From Verrucomicrobiota bacterium (GTDB taxonomy: Bacteria; Verrucomicrobiota; Lentisphaeria; Lentisphaerales; Lentisphaeraceae), in contig JBDKFG010000068.1 of NCBI GenBank assembly GCA_039798785.1, forward strand, positions 1 to 27,216: a stretch of DNA of 27,216 nt, given 5' to 3'. Below, one piece after another: positions 17,755 to 27,068 of the stretch; the stretch's first letter is position 1; each line of letters begins with the position of its first letter. The position numbers and the translations under genes are program-made. A model generated the notes under the pieces. That model had not been told where the DNA came from. It made no database searches and saw only the letters and a list, made by a program, of their open reading frames with translations.

Positions 17755-18705
17755 ATGATTTTCGATCGCAAAGCTTTCCTGGCCGGATTCTTCGGTCTCA
17801 GCGCCTGCGCCTACGAAAGGAAGCCGGATGAACAGAAATCCGGCCATGGGGAAGGCCGGCCGGCGTACCGCGAAAGCCGGCGCATCGATGGCATGGGAAG
17901 GGAGTATTGGCTCTACACTCCGGAGACAATCGATCCACTCAAGACCTTTTGGCTCGTCGTCGGGGTTCACCCTCACAAGGGCCGTGGGCGAGGAGCGATG
18001 GGCCTCGCTTCCTGGGCGGCGACGCGCTCCGACGTCATTGTCGTCGGTCCGACCTTTCCCTGTACCGGCCCCTTCTACCAACTTTTGGAAGGGGAGACTC
18101 CGCGCCAGCTCAATGCCATTCAAGATGCCTTGTCGAAGGAGTTCAAGCTTCATCCCCGCTTTTTCATCCACGGCTATTCCGGCGGTGCCCAGTTCGCCCA
18201 TCGTTACGCGTCTCTGCATCCCGAACGCCTGATCGCCTGCAGCGCCCACTCAGCCGGAACCTGGAGTGCTCCGGATCCCAAGGCGAAATCGCTGCTTTGG
18301 GCGCTTTCCTGCGGCATCGGCGATACCGCCGAGAGCGTCCCGGGTTCGGGGCGGCGCATCGACAACTTCCGTCGCTTCGCCGCGCAGCTGCACGACGGCG
18401 GCTTCGCGGCCAAGGCCTTCACCCGGCCCGGAGACCACAGTCGTCATGCCATCGTCGGCAAGACCGCTCTCGAAACCTTCATCACCGCCTCGACCGGAAT
18501 CTTTCCCTGGCAGCAGTCTGAACTTGTCAAGGTGGCGGCGGATCAACGCGAGGTTTGGATCGCGGTTCACGCCGGTCTGGCCGAGTCGTCATTCGACGAT
18601 GGCGCCACCAAGCACAAATTGCAGCGCAATCCCGACAGCTGGACGCTCAATCCTGAGGCGCTCGCCCAGATGAAAGCGACACGAGCTGCGGCAAGTCCCC
18701 CGTGA
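17755..18705 (+). CDS. Alpha/beta-hydrolase (esterase/PHB-depolymerase-like), probable lipoprotein
   Basis: YWLYTP, LVVGVH, GYSGGAQFAHR nucleophile elbow, GIGD and PGDH; N-terminal LSAC lipobox. Confidence 0.75.
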   Translation: MIFDRKAFLAGFFGLSACAYERKPDEQKSGHGEGRPAYRESRRIDGMGREYWLYTPETIDPLKTFWLVVGVHPHKGRGRGAMGLASWAATRSDVIVVGPTFPCTGPFYQLLEGETPRQLNAIQDALSKEFKLHPRFFIHGYSGGAQFAHRYASLHPERLIACSAHSAGTWSAPDPKAKSLLWALSCGIGDTAESVPGSGRRIDNFRRFAAQLHDGGFAAKAFTRPGDHSRHAIVGKTALETFITASTGIFPWQQSELVKVAADQREVWIAVHAGLAESSFDDGATKHKLQRNPDSWTLNPEALAQMKATRAAASPP

Positions 18706-18908
18706 AGCTGGATTCCGATGTTGATCGCCAATCCGTTTCGGGATGTAACCCGGATTCATTTCTCATGCATTTCCTCTGGAAACCCAAGCAATGAGGGCCA
18801 ATCAAGGCTCCACGGAGTGTCCTCGATGTCTTTCACGGTCGCCGCCAGGCCTTGAGTCCCCAATACAAGCCTCCTCACCCGCAATCATCGACAATTCCAG
18901 GATCCGCC

Positions 18909-21062
18909 ATGCTCAATCTCGCCTTCGCCCTGAGTCTGCTTCTCCATCCCTCCGCGATCTGCGGCAAGCCGGATGGAGAAAATAAGCCCCTGCCCGTCCT
19001 GCCCGCCGGACAGGAACCCGCCTGGTTCAAGCTGGTGTTGCAGAACGGCAAGGTCGACGAAGCCGCCGCCCGCGCCTTCGTCGCCGCCGCCGAAGCCCAG
19101 GTGCTGGCCGAGCTCAAGGCCAAGAATTGCGAAGCGGACCCGAAATTCCTCGCCCTGCTGCGCGCCGACCGCGATCTCCACGCCGGAACCTTTGCCGCCG
19201 TCTACCCCGCCGACGGCCGCATCTTCCAGAACTTGCAGCAGATCTGGCGCGAGCTGCCGCCGGCGGCATTCCAGAAATACCGCCACCTGGCCCTCGGAGC
19301 CAGCGTCCTGCGCCGCGAGATCGGCGTCGGCCCCATCGCGTCGCCTCCGGGAAACCTCAAGCACGGCATGTTCAACGACTGGGCTGCGGAAGCCGCAAAA
19401 GCCGGACTCAGTCCCGCTGAGTATCTCGCCCGCTACCGCTCTTCGACCAAAGGAGATCAGTCAGCTGCACTCACGCCTGAGATCCACGCCGCCATCACCG
19501 CCTTCAAGGCCCAGCATTCGACGCCCTTCAACGAGATCTGGCGCGACGCCAAGCTGCGCAGCGAACTCAGCGCCAAGCTGAAGACCGAGGAAAAGTCCGT
19601 TCCCGCCCTCATCTACGCATGGGAAGTCGCCACCGGCATCCGCCCCGCCAAGCGCAGCGAGGCCCCCCGCGTCTCCGATTACATCATCAGCCTCGCCCAG
19701 CGCCTCGAGACACCTCTCGAACTCAGCACGCTCCAGGACAAAAAAGGCCAGGCCTTGAAGTGGCCGATGTTCCCCGTCGCCCAGGCCCCCTGGCCGGTTC
19801 TGATCGGCCTCGGTCTGACCTGGCCGATCGATGAGTCCCGATACGTCTTCGACAAGCTGCAGGGCAAGCACGGCGATAAACGCCTGCACACCTACGGCCC
19901 CTACAGACATCCGTGCCTCGAACTCACCGCCGACAGCCTCAGCGAAATCCCCTGGGCCGCCGCCGCCTGGCCCTCGCAAATCGTCACCGGCGGCGTCTGC
20001 GGCACCATGGCCACGCTCGCCGCCGGCACCTACATCTCGCTCGGCGTGCCGATGTTCAAGACCGGCCAGCCCCGCCACGGCAACCTCCTCAGCTACCGCT
20101 GCAACCCCGACGGCAGCTATTACGCCCGCGTCGAGCAGTCCGCCACCGCCGGTCCCTCCGGCACCTACACCGAATGGCCCTTCGGAGATCGTGCTCATCC
20201 ACGCACCGCCTTCGCCGAATGCCACTACGGCCTCGCCCTCGCCATGAACAAGGGCCTCGACTCCTGGATGCGCAGCCGCATCGCCCTCGACGCCTTCCGC
20301 TCCCTCCCCAAGGCCCAGCAGTGGTCGAGCGGAGAGAAAATCCTCGCGGCCGCGATTCAGGACAACCCCTTCAACGCCGAACTCTGGTATGAACTCGCCG
20401 ACGCCGCTCCTGACGCCGAAGCGCGGCTCAAGCTCCTCGACCTGCTCCACACCGCCATCTCCGGCCATGCCGAAGTCAGCCAAGAGAAGCTCAGGGACGC
20501 CAACGCCGATCTCGGCGAGGAACAGGAAGACTCCGGCGCCGTGCTCGCCAAGAACGTCGAATTCCGCACCCTCGTCCGCGACGTCCTTCTCTCCTCCCAT
20601 TTTAACTCTCCTGTCTCCTTGAGCCTGGCTCAGCGCCAGGGCCTGCTGGCCCGATTCGCCCAGTGGCAGCCGCAATCCAGCCGCACCCTGGCCGAGTTCA
20701 AGATCCGTTACGAACTCAGCCTTCAGGATCCCGAGGCGGTGCTCGCCGCCGTCCGCAGCCATGTTCAGACTGTCCTCGACCCCAAGAATCCCAAGGAGGC
20801 CCGCAATGCCGAGAGACAGGCCGCCCTGCAGGTCGCGCAGCTGGAATTCCTCGTCGCCGACGCCGCCAAGCGCGATGGCATCCTCAAAGAGATCCTCGCC
20901 CGCTTCACCGCGGAAACCGCCACAATCAAGGGCAAGAAGGGCAAAAAGCTGCGACCGCTCGTCGAAGCCGCCGGCGAGGCGCTCGAGAGCTCCTACCGCC
21001 ATTCCGGCAAGAATAAAGAAGCCAAGGCTCTGCATAAACAGCTCGATGCCTGGCAACGCTAA
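18909..21062 (+). CDS. Exported hypothetical protein with a transglutaminase/Cys-protease-like GGVC...H core; paralog of 5250..7451
   Basis: ATG 18909 starts a signal-peptide-like MLNLAFALSLLL; colinear homology blocks are shared with 5250..7451. Confidence 0.8.
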   Translation: MLNLAFALSLLLHPSAICGKPDGENKPLPVLPAGQEPAWFKLVLQNGKVDEAAARAFVAAAEAQVLAELKAKNCEADPKFLALLRADRDLHAGTFAAVYPADGRIFQNLQQIWRELPPAAFQKYRHLALGASVLRREIGVGPIASPPGNLKHGMFNDWAAEAAKAGLSPAEYLARYRSSTKGDQSAALTPEIHAAITAFKAQHSTPFNEIWRDAKLRSELSAKLKTEEKSVPALIYAWEVATGIRPAKRSEAPRVSDYIISLAQRLETPLELSTLQDKKGQALKWPMFPVAQAPWPVLIGLGLTWPIDESRYVFDKLQGKHGDKRLHTYGPYRHPCLELTADSLSEIPWAAAAWPSQIVTGGVCGTMATLAAGTYISLGVPMFKTGQPRHGNLLSYRCNPDGSYYARVEQSATAGPSGTYTEWPFGDRAHPRTAFAECHYGLALAMNKGLDSWMRSRIALDAFRSLPKAQQWSSGEKILAAAIQDNPFNAELWYELADAAPDAEARLKLLDLLHTAISGHAEVSQEKLRDANADLGEEQEDSGAVLAKNVEFRTLVRDVLLSSHFNSPVSLSLAQRQGLLARFAQWQPQSSRTLAEFKIRYELSLQDPEAVLAAVRSHVQTVLDPKNPKEARNAERQAALQVAQLEFLVADAAKRDGILKEILARFTAETATIKGKKGKKLRPLVEAAGEALESSYRHSGKNKEAKALHKQLDAWQR

Positions 21063-21159
21063 GCTTCATGCGGCAGAAGCAGAGCTTGCGCTTCGTAACT
21101 CCAAAGCCTCGTGCTTGTCAAGATCACAACCAATAAGTAAGCCAACCGCCAGGTTTCCT

Positions 21160-22605
21160 ATGCACCGATTCCTGATCAGCCTCATCCTGATGTCGACTCC
21201 TCCGCTTCATGCAAGGGATTTCGCGCCCTCTACCGCACTGGCCGCCAGCCAGCCGCAGGAGCAGGCAGCCTCTTTCGCCGGCATCTTCTCCGACGGCATG
21301 GTGCTGCAGGCGGGCATGCCGCTGCGATTTTGGGGCAGCGCCGCGCCGGGCAGTGAGCTCGTCGTCAGCTTCGCCGGCCAGCAGGGGAAAACCCGCGCCG
21401 ACGACGCCGGCCAATGGTCGCTCGAGCTCCCGGCCCTGGCCCCGAACGGCACCGGCCAGGAATTGGCCCTCGTGGCCGGGGAGCGCCGTGTCGTCCTGAA
21501 AGACGTCCTCGTCGGCGAGGTCTGGATCTGCTCCGGCCAGTCGAACATGGAATGGGCTCTCAACAAGCTTGGATCCGCCGGAACCGAAGCCATCGCCGCG
21601 GCGGAGCTGCCGCAGCTGCGGCTCTTCAGCATCGACCGCACCACCGCTCCCAGTCCCGCCGCCAGCCTCAGCAAGTTCAAGCCGTGGGTTGCCTGCAGCC
21701 CCGCCTCGGTGGTCAAGACCGGCACCCATGGGGCCTTCTCCGCCACCGCCTTCCACTTTGGCCGCAAGCTGCAGCAGGAACTGGGAGTTCCGGTCGGCCT
21801 GATCCAATCGGCCTGGGGCGGCACCAGCATCCAGTCCTGGACCCCGGCCGATGCCGTCACCGATGCGAAAACACCCAAAGACACGGCCGTCCGCTACAAC
21901 GCCATGATCGCGCCGCTTTCCCGCCTGAGCTGCCGCGGCGTCATCTGGTACCAGGGGGAGAACAACATCGCCAGTGGCCGCGACTACGGCCCGAAGATGC
22001 AGGGGATGATCGAAGGCTGGCGCAAAAACTTTGGTCGCCCGGATCTCTCCTTCTACGCCGTCGAACTGGCTTCGTTCCGCTACAACAAGACCCGCAAGGT
22101 GCCGGAAGACACCCTCACGCTGCTCCGCATGGGCCAACTCGATGCCCTGCGGGCCGCCGGCCCGCTCGCCGGATTGGCCCACTCGCTGGATGTCGCCGAT
22201 GACGTCGACAACATCCACCCTCTCGATAAACGCAGCCCCGGCGAACGCCTGGCCCGCCTCGCCCTCGCCAAGACCTACAAGAAACCGCTGGGGAAATCCC
22301 TCGCCGGACCGGAGTTCCTCAAGACCGAAGTCCGCGGCGGCGATCTCGTCGTCCATTTCAGCGATACCGCCGGAGCTCTGAAGGCCGCCGACGCCCAAGC
22401 CCCGCGCGGCTTCAGCATCGCCGAAGGAAATGGAGAGGGGCGCCGTTGGACCGCGGCCGAGGCCCTCATCGAAGGCGATAAAATCCTCCTCAAAGGCGCC
22501 GCCGGGGCGAGCGCCGTCGCCCTTTGCCGTGCAGAAACCGAACAGACGACGCTCCGCAACGCCGAGGACCTGCCGCCCGCTCCTTTCATCCTCGAGCTTG
22601 AATAA
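21160..22605 (+). CDS. Sialate O-acetylesterase (SASA) family carbohydrate esterase
   Basis: FSDGMVLQ, GEVWICSGQSNM, GVPVGLI...WGGT, GVIWYQGENN and DNIHP motifs; signal peptide starting at ATG 21160. Confidence 0.9.
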   Translation: MHRFLISLILMSTPPLHARDFAPSTALAASQPQEQAASFAGIFSDGMVLQAGMPLRFWGSAAPGSELVVSFAGQQGKTRADDAGQWSLELPALAPNGTGQELALVAGERRVVLKDVLVGEVWICSGQSNMEWALNKLGSAGTEAIAAAELPQLRLFSIDRTTAPSPAASLSKFKPWVACSPASVVKTGTHGAFSATAFHFGRKLQQELGVPVGLIQSAWGGTSIQSWTPADAVTDAKTPKDTAVRYNAMIAPLSRLSCRGVIWYQGENNIASGRDYGPKMQGMIEGWRKNFGRPDLSFYAVELASFRYNKTRKVPEDTLTLLRMGQLDALRAAGPLAGLAHSLDVADDVDNIHPLDKRSPGERLARLALAKTYKKPLGKSLAGPEFLKTEVRGGDLVVHFSDTAGALKAADAQAPRGFSIAEGNGEGRRWTAAEALIEGDKILLKGAAGASAVALCRAETEQTTLRNAEDLPPAPFILELE

Positions 22606-22640
22606 ATCACTGCCCAACCGCAAGAACCGGAGCCCCCGCC

Positions 22641-24065
22641 ATGCCGCTGCTTCTCGCTCTCCTTCTCTGCTTGGGCGCCACCGCGGCAGAAATCCCTCCG
22701 CCGAGCCCGGCTTCGGCCGCCCGCCCCAACATCGTCTGGATCCTCACCGAGGACTGGGACCAGACCCTCGGCTGCTATGGTCATCCCGAGGTCCGCACGC
22801 CTAACATCGACGCCCTCGCCGCCCAGGGCCGCCGCTACCGCACCGCCTGGTGCACTGCCCCCGTCTGCTCCGCCTCCCGCTCGGCAATGGCCACCGGTTT
22901 CCATCAGGACGCCATCGGCGCCGGTCAGCACCGGATCGCGGAAAAGGACAAAAAACCGCTGCCGTCGGGCATCAAGCCGGTAGCCCAGCTGCTGAGGGAG
23001 AATGGTTACTACACCTGCCTGATGCTTTCGCCGAAGATGGACTGGAACTTCAAGAGCGAGAATCCCTTCGTCGGCAAGGACTGGAAGGATCGCCAGCCGG
23101 GTCAGCCCTTCTTCGCCCAGATCACCCTCCATGTCTCCCACCGCGGCTTCAAGCGCGACAAGCTACAGCCCGTGGATCCCGCGACTGTCGTCCTGCCGCC
23201 TTACTACCCTGATTGCGCCCTGCTCCGCCGCGACTGGGCCGACGGCCTCGAATCGCTGCAGATCGCCGACCGCCAGGTGGGCGAAATCCTCAAGAGCCTC
23301 AAGGATGAAGGGCTGGAAGAGAACACCCTGGTGTTCTTCATCGGCGACAACGGCCTCTGCCACGCCCGCGGCAAGCAGTTCCTCTACGAAGAGGGGCTGC
23401 GAATCCCTCTGATCATGCGTTGGCCCGGCCATGTGGCGGCCGAGCTCCGTCCCGAGCTTGCGTCCACTCTCGACATCTGCGCCACCATTCTCGCCGCCGC
23501 CGGCATCAGGCCCGAAAAACCCCTGCAAGGGCTCGACTTGATGGGCGGGGAAGTCCTCAAGCGTCAATACCTTTTTGGCGCCCGCGACAAGATGGACGAC
23601 ACCCACGACGCGATGCGCGCCGTCCGCGACCGGCGCTTCAAACTGATCCACAACCTCATGCCCGAGCGCCCCTGGATGCAGCGCAACGACTACAAGGAAG
23701 GCAGCTACCCCGCCGTCACCGTGCTCAACATCCTCCACCTGCAGGGCAAGCTGACGCCCGCCCAGGACAAGCTGATGGCCGACCACAAGCCGAAGTTCGA
23801 ATTCTACGATCTGGAGCAGGATCCCTTCGAGCTCAACAATCTGGCCGACGACCCTTCGTGCGCCGCCGATGTCGCCCGTCTCAAGAAGGCCCTCGCCGAG
23901 TGGCGCGCCGAGATCCGGGATCCCGGCATCGACGAGCCCTTCCGCAAGGGCGGATGGCCCGCCACCTACCCCACCCGCTCGCTGCAGCAGTGGCAGGAAA
24001 AGCTCAAGCAGTGGGAGAAGAAGATGGGCGTGCCCGACGGCCTCGCCGGACTCCCGGCGCCCTAG
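22641..24065 (+). CDS. Formylglycine-dependent (S1) sulfatase
   Basis: RPNIVWILTED, TPNIDALA, CSASRSAMATG (CxAxR signature), GDNG, GKQFLYEEG..IPL and YDL.QDP.EL.NLA motifs; signal peptide. Confidence 0.93.
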   Translation: MPLLLALLLCLGATAAEIPPPSPASAARPNIVWILTEDWDQTLGCYGHPEVRTPNIDALAAQGRRYRTAWCTAPVCSASRSAMATGFHQDAIGAGQHRIAEKDKKPLPSGIKPVAQLLRENGYYTCLMLSPKMDWNFKSENPFVGKDWKDRQPGQPFFAQITLHVSHRGFKRDKLQPVDPATVVLPPYYPDCALLRRDWADGLESLQIADRQVGEILKSLKDEGLEENTLVFFIGDNGLCHARGKQFLYEEGLRIPLIMRWPGHVAAELRPELASTLDICATILAAAGIRPEKPLQGLDLMGGEVLKRQYLFGARDKMDDTHDAMRAVRDRRFKLIHNLMPERPWMQRNDYKEGSYPAVTVLNILHLQGKLTPAQDKLMADHKPKFEFYDLEQDPFELNNLADDPSCAADVARLKKALAEWRAEIRDPGIDEPFRKGGWPATYPTRSLQQWQEKLKQWEKKMGVPDGLAGLPAP

Positions 24066-24242
24066 CTCAGCCATTGAGCTTGTCCGGTCTCGGCAAGTTC
24101 ATCTGCCGGGAATCCTGTTTGTCGCCAAAGCTTCCGGCAAAGTCCCCGGGTTCGCCGTCAAGAGCCCGGAGCCAGGGACGGAACCTGGCCTTAGCTCAAG
24201 CATCCGAAGAGGCCTGATCCATCTTCCCCCGGAGACCCGAAC

Positions 24243-25964
24243 ATGCTCGCCACTTTGTTGATCCTGCAACTTTTCACTAGTGAAAGCCCCGCCCCCCCCG
24301 TGCCGGCAGTCCTGGCAAGGAGCGCAAGCGCCTCCGGCCTCTCCTTCCCCGGCGAGAAGATCGACCAGTGGCAGGGCGGCAAGCGCCATGTCTTCCAGTT
24401 CCAGGGCCACCAGGCCTGGGTGGTCGAGCCGGCCAAACCCCTGCCCGGCAATCCCTGGACCTGGTGCACCGAGTTCCCCAACGCTTTCACCGCCCGCACC
24501 GGCGTGCCTCAGCTCATCGCCGCCGGCTTCCATCATGTCCACATTGACGATTTCAACAATCTCGGCTGCCCGGCCCAGCTCAAGCTGATGAGCGATTTCC
24601 ATGACGAGCTGGTGCGCCGCGGCCTCGCCCCGAAGGCGGCGATGATCGGTCTCTCCCGCGGCGGCTTCATGGCCTACCGCTACGCCCTGCAGAATCCCTC
24701 GCGGATCGCCTGCATCTACGCCGACGCCCCGGTGTGCGACATGAAGTCCTGGCCCGGCGGCAAGGGCAAGGGCAAGGGCAGCCCGGCCGACTGGAAACGC
24801 TTCATGGAGCTCTACGGCTTCAAAACCGAGGCGGAAGCGCTCGCCTTCGACGGCAACGTCCTCGAAGAGAAGAATCTCAAAGCGCTCGCCGAAGCGAAAA
24901 TCCCACTGCTGCACCATGTCGGCGATGCGGATGATGTCGTTCCGGTCGCCGAGAACACCGCCATCCTCGAGCAGCGTTACAAGGCCCTCGGCGGCAGCAT
25001 CGAGGTGATTCATGCCCCCGGGGTCGGCCACCACCCGCACGGCTTCGACGACCCCAAACCCGCCGTCGACTTCATTCTCAAACACGCCGCGCCCGCCACC
25101 GCTTCAAGCGCCGCCCTCACCCCCGAAGCCCTCTCCGGCAAACGCGTCCTCGTCCTGGGCGACTCGATCACCCAGGACGGCCGCTGGCTCGGCAATCTCG
25201 AGACCTTGCTCCGCCAGGCCCGCCCGCAACTGGATTTCGACTTCATCGGCCTCGGTCTCGCCTCGGAAACGCTCTCCGGCCTGAGTGAACCCGGCCACGC
25301 CGGCGGCCAGTTCCCCCGTCCCTGCCTCTTCTCCCGCCTCGAGCGGGCCCTGGCCGAGGCCAAGCCGCAGGTGGTCGTCGCCTGCTACGGCATGAATGAC
25401 GGCATCTATCTTCCCTTCGAGGAAAGCCGATTCGCCGCCTTCAAGGACGGCGTCACCAGGCTCGCGGCCTCTTGCGACAAGGCCGGCGCCCGCCTGGTCC
25501 TCGTCACTCCGCCGATCCATGAGGGCGACGGTGTCTATGAAGAGGTCTTGGCCCGCTATTCCCGCTGGGAAGTGGAGAATCCCCCCGCCAGCGCCAGCGT
25601 CATCGACCTCCACAGCGCGATGGCCGCAGAGCACCGCCAGCGCCAGCAGGGCGATGCCAAGTTCCGTTTCTCGAAAGACAATGTCCACCCCGGCGATCTC
25701 GGCCATCTGGTGATGGCCCGTTCTCTTGCCAAAGCTCTTGGCGTCGCCACCCCCGGCAGCGCCGAAGAGCAGCTCGCCACCTTCAAAGAATGCCCCCTCC
25801 ACAAACTCGTCGAGGTCCGCCGCAAGTCCCGCTCCGCCGCCTGGCTCGCCTGGGTCGGATTCGACCGGGAAAAGCATGTTCCTCCCCGCACCGGCGACCT
25901 CCAAGGCGCCGAAGCCCAGGCCGCCGAAGCCCTCGCCAAGATCCGAAAAATGCAACAACGCTGA
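24243..25964 (+). CDS. Alpha/beta-hydrolase + SGNH/GDSL esterase fusion
   Basis: N-domain GLSRGG, GDADDVVP and GVGHHPH; C-domain LGDSIT, YGMND and DNVHP; joined by an Ala/Pro/Ser linker. Confidence 0.85.
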   Translation: MLATLLILQLFTSESPAPPVPAVLARSASASGLSFPGEKIDQWQGGKRHVFQFQGHQAWVVEPAKPLPGNPWTWCTEFPNAFTARTGVPQLIAAGFHHVHIDDFNNLGCPAQLKLMSDFHDELVRRGLAPKAAMIGLSRGGFMAYRYALQNPSRIACIYADAPVCDMKSWPGGKGKGKGSPADWKRFMELYGFKTEAEALAFDGNVLEEKNLKALAEAKIPLLHHVGDADDVVPVAENTAILEQRYKALGGSIEVIHAPGVGHHPHGFDDPKPAVDFILKHAAPATASSAALTPEALSGKRVLVLGDSITQDGRWLGNLETLLRQARPQLDFDFIGLGLASETLSGLSEPGHAGGQFPRPCLFSRLERALAEAKPQVVVACYGMNDGIYLPFEESRFAAFKDGVTRLAASCDKAGARLVLVTPPIHEGDGVYEEVLARYSRWEVENPPASASVIDLHSAMAAEHRQRQQGDAKFRFSKDNVHPGDLGHLVMARSLAKALGVATPGSAEEQLATFKECPLHKLVEVRRKSRSAAWLAWVGFDREKHVPPRTGDLQGAEAQAAEALAKIRKMQQR

Positions 25965-25973
25965 GCCCGTCCA

Positions 25974-27068
25974 ATGCGAATCCTCTCCAGCCTCTGCGCT
26001 CTCCTCGCCGCCTGCCAATCGAGCGCCGTGCCGGCCTCCTCCGACACGCCCGCCGAGGCCCGCTCCCTCGCCGCAAGGGATTTCCACGAAGCCCTCGTCC
26101 CCAGGGGCTTCGTCCTGAAGGAGAAGGACTGGCACCTCTGGTGCAACGCCCCGGTCCTCGATGACGACGGCAAGGTCCATCTCTTCGTCTCCCGATGGCC
26201 GGTCAAGGACAGCTTCGACCGGGGCTGGTGGACGAGCTGTGAGATCGCCCACTACCGGGCCGACCAGCCGGAAGGCCCCTACACATACGTCTCCACCGTT
26301 CTCAAGGGCGATGGCAAGGAAGGCTCCTGGCGTATGCAAGGAACTCACAACGTCACCGTCGTCCGCCTGCCCGACAAGCGCTACGCCCTGCTCTTCATCG
26401 CCAACGCCGGCGGCAAGCGCGGCGACGGGGGGTTCCCCGCCAACCAGAAGATCGGCCTGATGCTCGCCGACCAGCCGGAAGGCCCCTGGAGGCTCGCCGG
26501 CCAGGACGGCCTCATCCTCGACGTCCCCGCCGATGCCTCGGTGTGGAGCCACGGCAGCGTCGTCGGAGTCAACAATCCTACGCTCCTGCCCATGCCCGAC
26601 GGCCGTTTCTTCCTTTACTACAAGGCGATGAAGCCCGGCAAGGGGGAGGTGCGCAAGATGGGCCTGGCGGTCGCCGACAAGGTCGAAGGTCCTTACCGTT
26701 TCGAAAAGGAGCCTCTCACTGATAACAAGGGGACCATCGAAGACGGTTTCGCCTTCCACCTTGGCGGCAAGGTCAACCTGCTGGTCACCGACTGTCATGG
26801 CGAAGGTTATGGCGGCGGCATGATCTACCAATCGGCTGACGGCCTGAAGTTTGAACAGAAGGAGATCCGCGCCTTCGAAGCGGTGGACCACTACATGAAA
26901 CGCTGGCCCAAGCCGGCCAAAGGTTGGACGCCCTGGGTGCTGCAGCGTCCCTCCCTGCTGCTCGGCAAGGATGGCATCCCCAGCCACCTCTTCGCTCCCT
27001 GCGGCACTCCCCCGGAAGGAACGCTAGGAACCTCTACTTTCCTGTTCGAGATCCGCCCCAAGTCATGA
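25974..27068 (+). CDS. Five-bladed beta-propeller glycoside hydrolase (GH43/GH117-like clan), lipoprotein
   Basis: LAAC lipobox; WCNAPV..DDGKVHLFVSRW; repeated A(D)xxEGP(Y/W) blade motifs (x3); HN, NNP and IED motifs. Confidence 0.75.
   Translation: MRILSSLCALLAACQSSAVPASSDTPAEARSLAARDFHEALVPRGFVLKEKDWHLWCNAPVLDDDGKVHLFVSRWPVKDSFDRGWWTSCEIAHYRADQPEGPYTYVSTVLKGDGKEGSWRMQGTHNVTVVRLPDKRYALLFIANAGGKRGDGGFPANQKIGLMLADQPEGPWRLAGQDGLILDVPADASVWSHGSVVGVNNPTLLPMPDGRFFLYYKAMKPGKGEVRKMGLAVADKVEGPYRFEKEPLTDNKGTIEDGFAFHLGGKVNLLVTDCHGEGYGGGMIYQSADGLKFEQKEIRAFEAVDHYMKRWPKPAKGWTPWVLQRPSLLLGKDGIPSHLFAPCGTPPEGTLGTSTFLFEIRPKS

Noticed and set aside
20761..21159. N-terminal extension of the SASA ORF
   Set aside because: Overlaps the upstream gene; the signal peptide begins at ATG 21160.
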